From an uncultured Candidatus Peribacteria bacterium (lineage in GTDB: Bacteria > Patescibacteriota > Gracilibacteria > Peribacterales > Peribacteraceae): a DNA stretch of 64,000 nucleotides. Numbering within the stretch: the first letter of the stretch is position 1; each line of letters starts with the position of its first letter. The stretch is from assembly GCA_964649695.1 (NCBI GenBank), contig CAZYQO010000004.1:89394-153393 (forward strand), read 5' to 3'. Shown here one piece after another: positions 1 through 9,128 of this stretch. The position numbers and the translations under genes were made by a program. A model generated the notes under the pieces. The model searched no databases. It saw nothing but the letters and a program-made list of their open reading frames with translations, and was not told where the DNA came from.

Positions 1-177
1 GCCCGCTCCCCCTCCATAGGGACGGTCGTCCACCTGCTTGTATTTGCCTTTGCCGAACTGCCGCAGGTCATGGAACCGGACATCGAGGATCTTCTCCTCC
101 TGCGCACGCTTGAGGATGCTTTCGGAGAGGGGGCCACTGAACATTGCCGGGAAGAGTGTGAGGATGTCGATGCGCAT
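1..177 (-). CDS. trmD: tRNA (guanine37-N1)-methyltransferase, N-terminal fragment running off the window edge
   Basis: Reverse translation of 177..1 gives [59 protein letters not shown], the canonical TrmD N-terminus. Only 59 codons, so absent from the ORF track. Confidence 0.85.
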   Translation of the reverse strand, partial: MRIDILTLFPAMFSGPLSESILKRAQEEKILDVRFHDLRQFGKGKYKQVDDRPYGGGAG

Positions 178-195
178 GTAGGATAAGTATAGGCC

Positions 196-1050
196 ATGCC
201 TGCCCCAAAAGTCGCCATCCTTCTGCCCACGTATGAACCCGATCCTCAGCTGCTGCGGAAGGCCATCGATGGCGTGCTCGCGCAGACCGTGGACGATTGG
301 ACACTCCTGATCCACGATGACGGCTCAAAGGAGGACGTACACTCCATCGTAGAATCCTACCTCCGTGACCCCCGCGTCACATTTGTACGATCGGAGCGGC
401 GCCGGGGAATCGGCGGCAACTGGAATGCGGCGTTTGCCGCCTTGCCCGCGCTGCCGGTCGCTGTCGCCTATCTGTTCCAGGATGATGCCTGGCAACCGCA
501 CTACCTCTCGCTTGCCTGCATCGCAATGGAACGGCACCCGTCCGCCGGCCTCATCGCGCTCGCCCATCACTATGAGATGGAGCCGCTGCATCCCCTTGCC
601 CATCAATACCAGGCGATCGAGCGCGAGCGCTACCACGTCTTTGCGCAGGAATATGCCGAAGGAAAAGGCTTTTTGCTGCGTTGGCTGAAACAAGGTCTGC
701 ACCCCAACCTGATCGGGGAACCCAGTTTTGTGGTCATCCGGGCATCCATCCTCGCCGCCTGCCCGTGGGATACGCACATGGTGCAATGTCTTGATGTGCA
801 GGGTTGGGTACGCATGCTGCAGCAGACCGACATTGCGTTCGTCGCGGACAATGCAGGCACGTTTTTGGTGCATGGCGGCGGCGCCAGTGCGGCGCATCAG
901 CGCGCGGGACGCGGCATGTTCGATCGCCTGAGGATTCTCGTGCGACTGACGCGTTCCGAGGATCCGGCCATCCGCAGGTCGGCATGGAGCTGCATGTTGC
1001 GCGAGCTCCCCAAAATGACCGCAAAATTCTTCACACGTTTGCGAGCCTGA
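196..1050 (+). CDS. family 2 glycosyltransferase (GT-A fold)
   Basis: [26 protein letters not shown]...LLIHDDGS and a later QDD motif are typical of GT2. Start lies 18 bp from the divergent trmD start. Confidence 0.8.
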   Translation: MPAPKVAILLPTYEPDPQLLRKAIDGVLAQTVDDWTLLIHDDGSKEDVHSIVESYLRDPRVTFVRSERRRGIGGNWNAAFAALPALPVAVAYLFQDDAWQPHYLSLACIAMERHPSAGLIALAHHYEMEPLHPLAHQYQAIERERYHVFAQEYAEGKGFLLRWLKQGLHPNLIGEPSFVVIRASILAACPWDTHMVQCLDVQGWVRMLQQTDIAFVADNAGTFLVHGGGASAAHQRAGRGMFDRLRILVRLTRSEDPAIRRSAWSCMLRELPKMTAKFFTRLRA

Positions 1051-1299
1051 TCAGGCGAGGACAAGCGGCTGCACCTCGGTCTCCACAAAGGAACGCGCAC
1101 GATCCATCAGTCCCAACAGGCGATGATTCACCGTGCCGTTCTCCTTCTGCATATCGAGCAGGGGCGACAGGCGCTCCGTCAACGAGCGGAGGCGCTCCAC
1201 CAGCACGGGATGTTGTCCGTCGGAGACAAGTTGCAGATGCTCATCGAGCATATCCACATCGCCTTCGAACACGCCTAAATGGGAGGAGTTGTAACTCAT
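1051..1299 (-). CDS. hypothetical small protein (82 aa from ATG 1299)
   Basis: ORF-track 1051..1338, trimmed to the first ATG (MSYNSSHLGVFEG...). TACACT lies 11 nt upstream. No recognisable family. Confidence 0.3.
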   Translation of the reverse strand: MSYNSSHLGVFEGDVDMLDEHLQLVSDGQHPVLVERLRSLTERLSPLLDMQKENGTVNHRLLGLMDRARSFVETEVQPLVLA

Positions 1300-1334
1300 A
1301 CGATTGCGGCAGTGTACGAATTTCCACCCGAGGG

Positions 1335-2225
1335 TCAAATGAACTTTTTCATCAGTCCAGAAACGTCCGTTATGGCCACTTCCTGCACGGCATTGGTCTT
1401 TTTGCCTTTTCGCGGTTCAAGGCGGTCGTAGAAACTGGGAATGTCCTCATTCTGGTATAGCACCCCGCAGGCGATGTGCTCCGACACATCGGTTGCCGTC
1501 TGCCGTGCGAGTGCAAAATCCTTCGGGTCATAGCCGATGCCATCCACATCCTTGCACCGCTCCATCAGATAGTCGTGGGTGGCGAAGTGGTTATAGGTGG
1601 GACAGGCCTGGAGCATGTCGACGAAGGCGAAGCCGTTGTGCTGCAGTGCCGCCTTGAGCACACGCACCATCTGCGGGATGTTCCCCGAGAACGCGCGGCC
1701 GACGAAGGTGGGTTCGAGGCTGAAGACAAAATCCATCGAGTTGAGGGTGTGCTCGGGGATCCCGTTGGGCGACGAGTTCATCTTTTGCTCCTGCCACGTC
1801 AGGCTCGATGCCTGGCCGGTCGTCAGCCCGTAGTTGGCGTTGTTGTGAAGCACAAACACGATCGGATAGTTGCTGCGAATGCTGTGCACCAAATGGCCGA
1901 TGCCCTCCGAAAAACTGGCGCCGTCGCCGCCGAAGGCCATCACGGGCATCGACGGATTGGCCAACTTTGCGCCTGCGGCAAACGGCAGCACGCGGCCGTG
2001 CAGGCCATGGAAACGATAACCCAACAGCTTGTCACTGGTGTTGCCATGGCACCCCACGTCGTAGCAGAGCATCACACCGTGTGGCGGAATGCCGCTTTCC
2101 ACGAGCGCGCGCTTCACCGCCGTCCAGATCCCGTAATCCCCGCAACCGTCGCACCACGAGCAGCGGGTCGCGCAGTGGTAATCCTGCATCACGGGAGCCG
2201 ATCCTTTATCGAGAGGAATGCTCAT
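1335..2225 (-). CDS. 2-oxoacid:ferredoxin oxidoreductase, beta (TPP-binding) subunit
   Basis: CxWCxGCGDYG Cys motif and the GDG...NNxxYGLTTGQ TPP-binding motif. ATG 2225 overlaps the upstream stop (ATGA). Confidence 0.85.
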   Translation of the reverse strand: MSIPLDKGSAPVMQDYHCATRCSWCDGCGDYGIWTAVKRALVESGIPPHGVMLCYDVGCHGNTSDKLLGYRFHGLHGRVLPFAAGAKLANPSMPVMAFGGDGASFSEGIGHLVHSIRSNYPIVFVLHNNANYGLTTGQASSLTWQEQKMNSSPNGIPEHTLNSMDFVFSLEPTFVGRAFSGNIPQMVRVLKAALQHNGFAFVDMLQACPTYNHFATHDYLMERCKDVDGIGYDPKDFALARQTATDVSEHIACGVLYQNEDIPSFYDRLEPRKGKKTNAVQEVAITDVSGLMKKFI

Positions 2226-3967
2226 GAAACATGGGAGGAAAGCAGCGTGCACAGCTCGTCATAGAAAAAAGGACGGCCGTCATACTTCAGAATCTTGTCG
2301 GTGATCGAGAGGCCGCACTCCTGACGGATCAACGTGCCCAGCTGCCCCTGATGGTTGCCTTCGACCAGCACCAGTTTTTTGCCGCTTTTCGCCAACTGTT
2401 CGATCGTGTCCGTCTTCAGCGGCCAAAGGTAGGAGTAATGCAGATAGGCCGCTTTGCCCGACAATTCCTTGGATGCCAGCGCATCCTCCATCACCGATTT
2501 GGTGCTCCCCCAACCCACGAACACGGTCTTGGCTTTCGAGGAACCGATCAGCACCGGCTCCGGCAACGATGCCTTGAGCGCATCCATTTTGCGCATGCGC
2601 TTGTCCATCTGTGCCTTCGCATTGTCCGCGCCCTCGTTGACCGCACCATCCGGGCTGTGCTCGTCGCCCTGCGCATTGTAGGTGGCCGCAACGGAACCCG
2701 GCAGCCATCGCGGGGAAACGCCATCGGGGTCGGTAGTACGGAAGCGATCCATGCTCGTCAGTGCCTTCAACTCCTTCGGATCGGTCACGATCCCCCGCTC
2801 CATCGTCGCCTTCTTCAGGTCATAGGGCTTCTGCGTGTAGATCGCCTCGGCGATCTGCTTGTCGGTCAATACGATCACGGAGATCTGGAATGTTTCCGCA
2901 ATGTTGAAGGCGATCGGCATGAGGGTAAATGCGTCGGCGCTGTCACTCACAGACAACACGCAACGCGGGAATTCCCCATGCGCGGTATGTATCGCCATCA
3001 ACAGATCACCCTGTGCCGTCCATGTGGGCAGACCCGTCGCGGGACCCGGGCGCTGGGCAAGCACGAACACCGTGGGATTTTCGATGATGCCGTTGAGCGA
3101 CAGCGTCTCACTCATGAGGTCGAACCCGCCGCCGCTTGTGGCGGTCAAGGCGCGACAGCCCATGTGCATGGCTCCGCTCACCATCTGTGCTGCGGTGATC
3201 TCGTCTTCGGCCTGCTTGATCACCATGCCGGTCTCGTTTTGGATCTCTGCGATGTACGACAGAAGCGGACTGCTCGGCGTCATCGGATACCCGGCATAGA
3301 GGCGCACGCCCGCATGCACCACGCCCAACCCCATCGCCTCGGTACCCGTAAGCAGCAGATCCTTGCTCCACGCCGCATCGGCCTTGGGCAACGTCACGGC
3401 AGCTTCTTTTGCACGCTCCTGTTTGAAAGCAAATCCGCGATCCACACACGTATAGTTGATTTCCAGAAGATCGGGCTTTTTGGCAAATTGTTCCTTGGCC
3501 AATCCCTTCAATTCATCCGCCTGACGCCCAAGCAACGCCCACACCGTCGCGGTAATGAGCATGTTCCCCAGAATCGGTTTGGCGTGAAGCTCATGCAGCA
3601 TCGCCTGCACGGGCAGCTCGATCACGGTGATCTTCTGCGCATCCAAAAACGCCTGATCGTCCTTGGAAAATTCCCAATCGGGCGACTGATGCAGCACCAC
3701 GCCGCCCGGTTTCAGTTCACGGAGATTCAACTCCAGACCGTGATGATTGAAACACACCAGCACATCGACGTGCTGCTCTGTGCTGCCGATCTTTTGGTCG
3801 CTGACATCGAGTTGGTAACTGCTGTGCCCACCCTTGATGAGCGACATGTACTCGCGATAGCCGAACACACAGTAGCCCGCCCGCTTGAGCCCCTTGGCCA
3901 ACAGTTCTCCGACGGAGTTCACCCCCTGTCCCTGCGAGCCGGTGACTTTGATGGACGCGCGACTCAT
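2222..3967 (-). CDS. 2-oxoacid:ferredoxin oxidoreductase, alpha subunit with fused gamma domain
   Basis: From MSRASIKVTGSQGQGVNSVGELLAKGL... (gamma-like N-terminus), followed by an alpha-subunit-like region. The upstream part of the ORF is a non-coding extension. Start overlaps the flavodoxin stop. Confidence 0.85.
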   Translation of the reverse strand: MSRASIKVTGSQGQGVNSVGELLAKGLKRAGYCVFGYREYMSLIKGGHSSYQLDVSDQKIGSTEQHVDVLVCFNHHGLELNLRELKPGGVVLHQSPDWEFSKDDQAFLDAQKITVIELPVQAMLHELHAKPILGNMLITATVWALLGRQADELKGLAKEQFAKKPDLLEINYTCVDRGFAFKQERAKEAAVTLPKADAAWSKDLLLTGTEAMGLGVVHAGVRLYAGYPMTPSSPLLSYIAEIQNETGMVIKQAEDEITAAQMVSGAMHMGCRALTATSGGGFDLMSETLSLNGIIENPTVFVLAQRPGPATGLPTWTAQGDLLMAIHTAHGEFPRCVLSVSDSADAFTLMPIAFNIAETFQISVIVLTDKQIAEAIYTQKPYDLKKATMERGIVTDPKELKALTSMDRFRTTDPDGVSPRWLPGSVAATYNAQGDEHSPDGAVNEGADNAKAQMDKRMRKMDALKASLPEPVLIGSSKAKTVFVGWGSTKSVMEDALASKELSGKAAYLHYSYLWPLKTDTIEQLAKSGKKLVLVEGNHQGQLGTLIRQECGLSITDKILKYDGRPFFYDELCTLLSSHVS

Positions 3968-4428
3968 GCGAGGAGAGGAAGGATCTCGTCGCCCCAGGCC
4001 TGCACCAGAGCCTCCTGGCCGTAGGGTTCGTTGACGACTTTGAGCATGTGGCCGAGCTGTTCGCCTCCATGATTCATCACAAACTGACGGAGATGATGGC
4101 CACTGTTGCACAGATAGCGATAACGTTCGTCGCCAAGGGCGATGATCAGCACCTTTTTGCCACCCAGCTGCACGGCGCCACACTGATCATGAAGAAAGCG
4201 ATGCATGTACGGGTTCATTTGGCCTTCAATGCCGCCGGTATTCCAGCTGCCACTGGCAAACAGCAACACATCCCCGCGCTGCAGATCCTCGGGCTTGGCC
4301 GCCTCCGCGCGCTGCACCTCCACGTTCAGGTGCGGGGCTTTTGCGGCGAGGTGATCAACGAGCGTCTGAACCACAAACTCGGTGTGACCGCTCGTGGAGG
4401 CGTAGATGATGTGCAGGGACTGAGCCAC
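3964..4428 (-). CDS. flavodoxin
   Basis: IIYASTSGHTE FMN phosphate-binding loop, about 154 aa. GTG start 4428 is preceded by TAGAAT with 6-nt spacing. Confidence 0.75.
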   Translation of the reverse strand: MAQSLHIIYASTSGHTEFVVQTLVDHLAAKAPHLNVEVQRAEAAKPEDLQRGDVLLFASGSWNTGGIEGQMNPYMHRFLHDQCGAVQLGGKKVLIIALGDERYRYLCNSGHHLRQFVMNHGGEQLGHMLKVVNEPYGQEALVQAWGDEILPLLA

Positions 4429-4434
4429 GCGCCC

Positions 4435-4440
4435 ATTCTA
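4435..4440 (-). promoter_or_regulatory. -10 box TAGAAT, 6 nt upstream of the flavodoxin GTG (leaderless geometry)
   Basis: Plus strand reads attcta. No convincing -35 box found. Confidence 0.4.
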
Positions 4441-4489
4441 GCGATGTTTTCGCTGAACGCAGCATCTGGTTAAGACTGTCTTATTCTGC

Positions 4490-4495
4490 TATAAT
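4490..4495 (+). promoter_or_regulatory. -10 box TATAAT, 6 nt upstream of the MBOAT ATG (leaderless geometry)
   Basis: Sequence is gctTATAATaaggagATG. The AAGGAG abuts the ATG with 0-nt spacing, so it cannot function as an SD. Confidence 0.45.
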
Positions 4496-4501
4496 AAGGA
4501 G

Positions 4502-5893
4502 ATGGCTTTCACGAGCTTTACCTACCTGTATTTTCTCGCAATTGTCGTTGCGCTGTACTGGGCTGTGCGCAACAGGGTTGCCCAGAACGTCCTTTTGCTT
4601 GTAGCAAGTTACGTGTTCTACGGTTGGCTGACGCCATGGTATTGCCTCCTGCTGGCCAGCAGCACGATCGTCACCTATATCTGCCTGCATTGGCTGTGGA
4701 ATAGAAAGGAGGAAGAAAAAGAGCTCATCGCGGTTGTGGTGTGTGTGATTTTGAACATTGGAATGTTGGCCATCTGTAAATATTGGAATTTTTGGATCAC
4801 AGATATCCTAGCGACAACCAAATCTGTTGGCTGGAAATTATCAAAGGAAAGCCTGCAAATTGTTCTGCCGATCGGCATGTCATTTTATACATTGCAGGCT
4901 GTTGGCATCACTGTTGATGCTTATCGTAACGAAGTAAAAAGGCAATCTTTTTTGAATATTGCGCTGTTCCTAGCCTTCTTCCCCAAGTTAATTGCGGGCC
5001 CCTTCGAAAAAGCAAATGCATTCCTCGCTCAAGCCAACGCATCACGAACATTCGATGTAGGAAGTTTTTTGCAATCTTTTTCGTTGCTACTTGCAGGATT
5101 CTTGAAAAAATTAGTTATTGCAGAAAATATTAAAATTTATGTTGATCAAATCTTTTTTCTCAAAGATCCATCCATACCCTTGCTCTTGGTTGGCGGCGTG
5201 GGTTTTATGATTCAAATTTACGCTGATTTTTCTGGATATACAGACATAGCAAGAGGAAGTGCGCGCCTGTTGGGAATCAATCTAATGGAGAATTTTAATT
5301 CTCCATATCTAGCAGTCTCGCCATCTGATTTTTGGGGGCGCTGGCACATATCGCTCTCTCGCTGGTTTCGTGAATATATTTACATCCCCCTCGGGGGATC
5401 ACGTAGCCATGCAATCACTGAGATATGCTGGGCACTTATGATTACCATGTGTTTAAGCGGCCTCTGGCACGGCCCGACTTCAAATTATTTTGCTTGGGGT
5501 CTTTATCATGGAATGCTTATCTCCGCATATCTGACAATCGGCATCGGAGGTCACTGGAAACCAGTAACCGGCTTAGGCACCGCAATAGCAACAATATTAA
5601 TGTTAATTTGGACATTAATAGGCTGGATCATATTCCGCTGTAGCGATCTCGCTTGGCTTATTAAAATTATACTCAAATTTGATTGGCATCTCACGCAAGG
5701 TGAATTTTTAGTCACTTGGGTTTTTCTGTCTATGTATCTAGTGTACATACTGCCATGGCTGGGCTTAATAATCGCAGAACGCTTACCTGACAAATACATA
5801 TGGCTCAAGGCTCCGCTTAGGGCAACTATTGTGATGTGCATCGTTATTTTAGGAGAGGCAAACGTTGTTGATTTCATTTATGTTAATTTCTAA
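4502..5893 (+). CDS. MBOAT-family membrane-bound O-acyltransferase (AlgI/DltB/PatA-like)
   Basis: Polytopic, 463 aa, with a conserved MBOAT core (FWGRWHISLSRWFREYIYIPLGGSR ... SGLWHG). AT-rich codon usage unlike the flanking genes. Confidence 0.8.
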   Translation: MAFTSFTYLYFLAIVVALYWAVRNRVAQNVLLLVASYVFYGWLTPWYCLLLASSTIVTYICLHWLWNRKEEEKELIAVVVCVILNIGMLAICKYWNFWITDILATTKSVGWKLSKESLQIVLPIGMSFYTLQAVGITVDAYRNEVKRQSFLNIALFLAFFPKLIAGPFEKANAFLAQANASRTFDVGSFLQSFSLLLAGFLKKLVIAENIKIYVDQIFFLKDPSIPLLLVGGVGFMIQIYADFSGYTDIARGSARLLGINLMENFNSPYLAVSPSDFWGRWHISLSRWFREYIYIPLGGSRSHAITEICWALMITMCLSGLWHGPTSNYFAWGLYHGMLISAYLTIGIGGHWKPVTGLGTAIATILMLIWTLIGWIIFRCSDLAWLIKIILKFDWHLTQGEFLVTWVFLSMYLVYILPWLGLIIAERLPDKYIWLKAPLRATIVMCIVILGEANVVDFIYVNF

Positions 5894-7014
5894 TGGAAAC
5901 ACCAACATCACCACCGATCGAAAATCTCACAGCGAAGCAAGTGGAGCTGCCATCAAAAACTAATTTTCACCTTCCAACAGGCTCCGATACGCCTTCTGAA
6001 ACACCAGAAACGCAAAATGTGAATTCGTCACAATCTGGCACGGGATCCGCCCCTCTAAGGGTATCTGGGGGCATGGTAACTATTTTTGTATACTTAGCCT
6101 CGATCATTGTTGTAGGTCTTACAATCAACGCATTAGTTGTCCGGTTAAATGCACATTTCAATTTTATTGAGAAACAGCGTGAGATTTTAAATGACAAACC
6201 GCATGAAATTGTTATAGTTGGAAATTCTCAGTCAATTTTATTTTTAAATCCAACTATACTAAGCGCCGAATTACAAAGAAGTGTTGTTGAAATTCATGGA
6301 GGCGGCGTGCCTGCTGGCTGGTGGTATTTAGCAATAAAAAATATTGTGCTTCATTTAAACCCTAGACCAAATACAATTATTGTCCCTGTACTGCCGGAAT
6401 ATGTAGTAAATCCTAATGTGTTTCTCGTTAAATACGCGAAGGATCCTATCGCCGAAGAGCGCGAGCCTGAATTAGAAAAAATGGCGAAGATATCAAAGGT
6501 TACCAGTCCTCTTAGCGATTGGCTTTCGAGAACATTTTCTATGGTCAGAACAAATGACCAATTGCGACGTGTTTTGTATGAACAAATACGAGACTGGGAA
6601 ATCGCTTTGACAACAAAAAAAACAAAAACTGCCAACAAAACAATGAATGATACCTTGAAAGATGTGGCACCAAACCGTTTGCCCATCTCTTCGGTAGTGA
6701 AGTTGAAAAAGGAAGAACAAACCTTCGAAAACTCATTCATCCCCCTCATAGTCAATGTGGCAAAAAAGGGAGGAACTCAACTTATTTTTGTTCGTGTAAA
6801 GCAGCGTGATGGAAAAAAACAAGATGATATCCAAATAGCCTTCATGGACAAGATGCAATCTTTTCTGCAAGAGCAAGGCATCCCATATCTCGATTATTCA
6901 AATGATCCTAGAATTTCTGAAAAAGACTTTGTTGATGACAAACATCTATCAACAAACTCACAAAAAATATTTAATGCAATTCTCGCGCAAGATCTAGCAC
7001 CTTATTTGCGTTAA
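5893..7014 (+). CDS. membrane-anchored extracytoplasmic protein, probable MBOAT partner (DltD/SGNH-like, tentative)
   Basis: S/T/P-rich N-terminus, one TM helix (MVTIFVYLASIIVVGLTINALVV), then VIVGNSQS resembling a block-I Ser motif. Start overlaps the MBOAT stop. AT-rich. Confidence 0.4.
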   Translation: METPTSPPIENLTAKQVELPSKTNFHLPTGSDTPSETPETQNVNSSQSGTGSAPLRVSGGMVTIFVYLASIIVVGLTINALVVRLNAHFNFIEKQREILNDKPHEIVIVGNSQSILFLNPTILSAELQRSVVEIHGGGVPAGWWYLAIKNIVLHLNPRPNTIIVPVLPEYVVNPNVFLVKYAKDPIAEEREPELEKMAKISKVTSPLSDWLSRTFSMVRTNDQLRRVLYEQIRDWEIALTTKKTKTANKTMNDTLKDVAPNRLPISSVVKLKKEEQTFENSFIPLIVNVAKKGGTQLIFVRVKQRDGKKQDDIQIAFMDKMQSFLQEQGIPYLDYSNDPRISEKDFVDDKHLSTNSQKIFNAILAQDLAPYLR

Positions 7015-9077
7015 TGGTTATGTTCTCCCCCCGCTCCATCGCCGTCGTCGGTGCCAGCACCACACAGGGCAAGGTTGGGCATGACATCCTCAGTAATCTT
7101 CTGATTCAGGGATACAAAGGCCGCGTGTTTGCCATTAACCCGAAGGCAACCACCATTCTTGGCTGCCCCGCATTCCCGAATATGAAGGCGCTGCCCCAGG
7201 CGCCGGACATGGCGGTCATCGCCATTCCTGCCGCCGGCGTGCCGCAGATCCTGCGGGAGTGCGCAGAGGTGGGCACAAAAAACATCGTGATCATCACGGC
7301 GGGGTTCAAGGAGACCGGAAAGGAAGATGGAGCACGGCTTGAGCAGGAAATCGTACGCATCGCAAAAGAACATGAGCTCAACATCGTTGGCCCCAACTGT
7401 TTGGGCATCCTGCGTCCATCGGTCGGACTCAATGCATCCTTCGCAAAATACGTGCCGCCTGTCGGCAATGTCGCACTGATCAGCCAGTCCGGCTCCACGG
7501 CGGTGGCGATCATGGATCAAAGCCCCCATCTGGGCTTTGGCTTTTCAGTCGTACTCAGCATTGGAAATAAGACCGTCCTTTCGGAAATTGAATACCTGAA
7601 AATGTGCGAAGAAGACCCTGAAACGGCGGTCATCGCCCTGTACCTCGAAAGTCTGGAGCGCGGATCGGAATTTCTGCGTGAAGCGGCGCGTATTTCGGCA
7701 AAAAAACCAATCGTGCTGATCCGCGCGGGCACGACCGAACAGGGACGCCGTGCCGCCCAGTCCCACACCGGTGCGCTTGCAAGCGGCGACAGAGGGCTCG
7801 AGGGCATCTGCCGCCAGGCGGGAGTGCGTCTCGCACAAAACATGGAGGAATTCATCGACTACATCACCGTGCTCAGCTGCCAACCCCCTTTGCTCTCCAA
7901 ACGGATCGCCATCGTCACCAACGCCGGCGGTTTGGGCATTTTGGCTACTGATGCCGCTTCCAGGGTGGGCTTGCAGCTCCCCATGCCAAGCGCACAGGGG
8001 TGCGAGCTCCTCCGAGAAGCCCTGCCGGACAACGCAAGCATCAAGAACCCCATCGACATCATCGGTGATGCAAAGACCGACCGCTACGAGGCTGCGCTTG
8101 CCGTCTGCAGGGATGACCCCAGCATCGACGGCATTGCTGTGCTTCTATCCCCCCAAATTATGACGCCATGCTCGGAGATCGCCGATGCGGTCATCCGCGT
8201 CACGCGTCACAGTAGGCTTATTCCTGTCACAACCTGCTTCATGGGAGGCGATGTAGTGCACGAATCACACATGAAACTGCGAGCTGCCGGCATCCCTACA
8301 TTCGCCACTCCGGAACGTGCAGTGCGCGCACTGCACATGCTCCAGCCGCTTGCCCCAGGTATTCACAAGGCCAACACGAAACCCATCGACGCACAGCGCA
8401 TGTTTCCGGCCACGGAAGGCCTGCTCCCCGAGGCAGACACCGCCGCATTGTTCGGCGCCTATCAGCTTCCGCTCCCCCGCCAACTGCTCGCATGCAGCAA
8501 GGCCGAGGCCGTTGCCCATGCGGCCACCATGCCGCACGGCGCAGTCGCCAAGATCAGCTCCCCCGACATCCTGCACAAAACCGATATGGGCGGCGTTCGC
8601 ATCGGCCTGAAGACCGCGGATGACGTGGGTCATGCATATGACGATATCATGGCCAACGCAGCGAAAAACGCCCCGCAGGCAAAGATCGAAGGAGTCCTGA
8701 TCCAGGAAATGCTCGAACCCGGAGAGGAATTCATCGTGGGCGGCGTCCGTGATCCGTCCTTCGGCCCCATGGTGATGGTCGGCCTTGGCGGCATCTATGC
8801 GGAGCTCTTCAAAGACACGTCGTTCCGCCTCGCGCCCATCACCGAAGCCGACGCCTACGACATGCTCGATGACCTCAAAAGCTGGAAGCTCCTGCTGGGC
8901 ATGCGTGGCAAGCCGCAGGCGGACATCGATGCGCTCGCTCAGCTGATCCTCAATGTGTCACGGATGATGACGGAGTGCCCGCAGATCACCGAACTGGACT
9001 GCAATCCGGCGATCGTGCGCAGCGACGGCATCGTGATCGCCGATGCGAAAGTGGTGCTTGGTACAAAATCACATTGA
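7014..9077 (+). CDS. acetyl-CoA synthetase (ADP-forming), fused alpha/beta, CoA-binding plus ATP-grasp
   Basis: PRSIAVVGAS...VFAINPK...IITAGFKETG...IVGPNCLGI N-terminal half and an ATP-grasp C-terminal half. ATG overlaps the upstream TAA (TAATG). Confidence 0.8.
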   Translation: MVMFSPRSIAVVGASTTQGKVGHDILSNLLIQGYKGRVFAINPKATTILGCPAFPNMKALPQAPDMAVIAIPAAGVPQILRECAEVGTKNIVIITAGFKETGKEDGARLEQEIVRIAKEHELNIVGPNCLGILRPSVGLNASFAKYVPPVGNVALISQSGSTAVAIMDQSPHLGFGFSVVLSIGNKTVLSEIEYLKMCEEDPETAVIALYLESLERGSEFLREAARISAKKPIVLIRAGTTEQGRRAAQSHTGALASGDRGLEGICRQAGVRLAQNMEEFIDYITVLSCQPPLLSKRIAIVTNAGGLGILATDAASRVGLQLPMPSAQGCELLREALPDNASIKNPIDIIGDAKTDRYEAALAVCRDDPSIDGIAVLLSPQIMTPCSEIADAVIRVTRHSRLIPVTTCFMGGDVVHESHMKLRAAGIPTFATPERAVRALHMLQPLAPGIHKANTKPIDAQRMFPATEGLLPEADTAALFGAYQLPLPRQLLACSKAEAVAHAATMPHGAVAKISSPDILHKTDMGGVRIGLKTADDVGHAYDDIMANAAKNAPQAKIEGVLIQEMLEPGEEFIVGGVRDPSFGPMVMVGLGGIYAELFKDTSFRLAPITEADAYDMLDDLKSWKLLLGMRGKPQADIDALAQLILNVSRMMTECPQITELDCNPAIVRSDGIVIADAKVVLGTKSH

Positions 9078-9102
9078 GCACGGCGGCAATGGCCGTTAGG
9101 CT
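9074..9102 (+). promoter_or_regulatory. sigma70-like promoter TTGAGC-17-TAGGCT for the NIF3-like gene
   Basis: -35 at 9074-9079, -10 at 9097-9102. About 20-nt leader containing UUUUUCCUC. Confidence 0.45.
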
Positions 9103-9128
9103 TGCAGGGTCTTTTTCCTCATTGACCC

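Noticed and set aside
2231-4024. 597-aa plus-strand ORF
   Set aside because: It is antisense to the clearly recognisable OFOR alpha subunit. The translation is Arg/Gly/His-rich low-complexity sequence, typical of spurious antisense ORFs in high-GC DNA.
3968-4183. N-terminal extensions of track ORFs (also 23841..23879, 26953..27159, 30268..30303, 31419..31523, 41298..41348, 50977..51228, 13166..13429)
   Set aside because: The extensions overlap neighbouring genes and translate to Arg/Pro/Gly-rich junk. Family-typical N-termini begin at the internal ATG or GTG used here.
4496-4501. AAGGAG as the Shine-Dalgarno of the MBOAT gene
   Set aside because: It abuts the ATG with zero spacing. It is better explained as the 6-nt discriminator between TATAAT and a leaderless start.
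4480-7013. Calling the AT-rich island a defined mobile element
   Set aside because: No integrase, transposase, flanking direct repeats or tRNA target were found. Only the compositional anomaly is supported, so it is reported as a finding.
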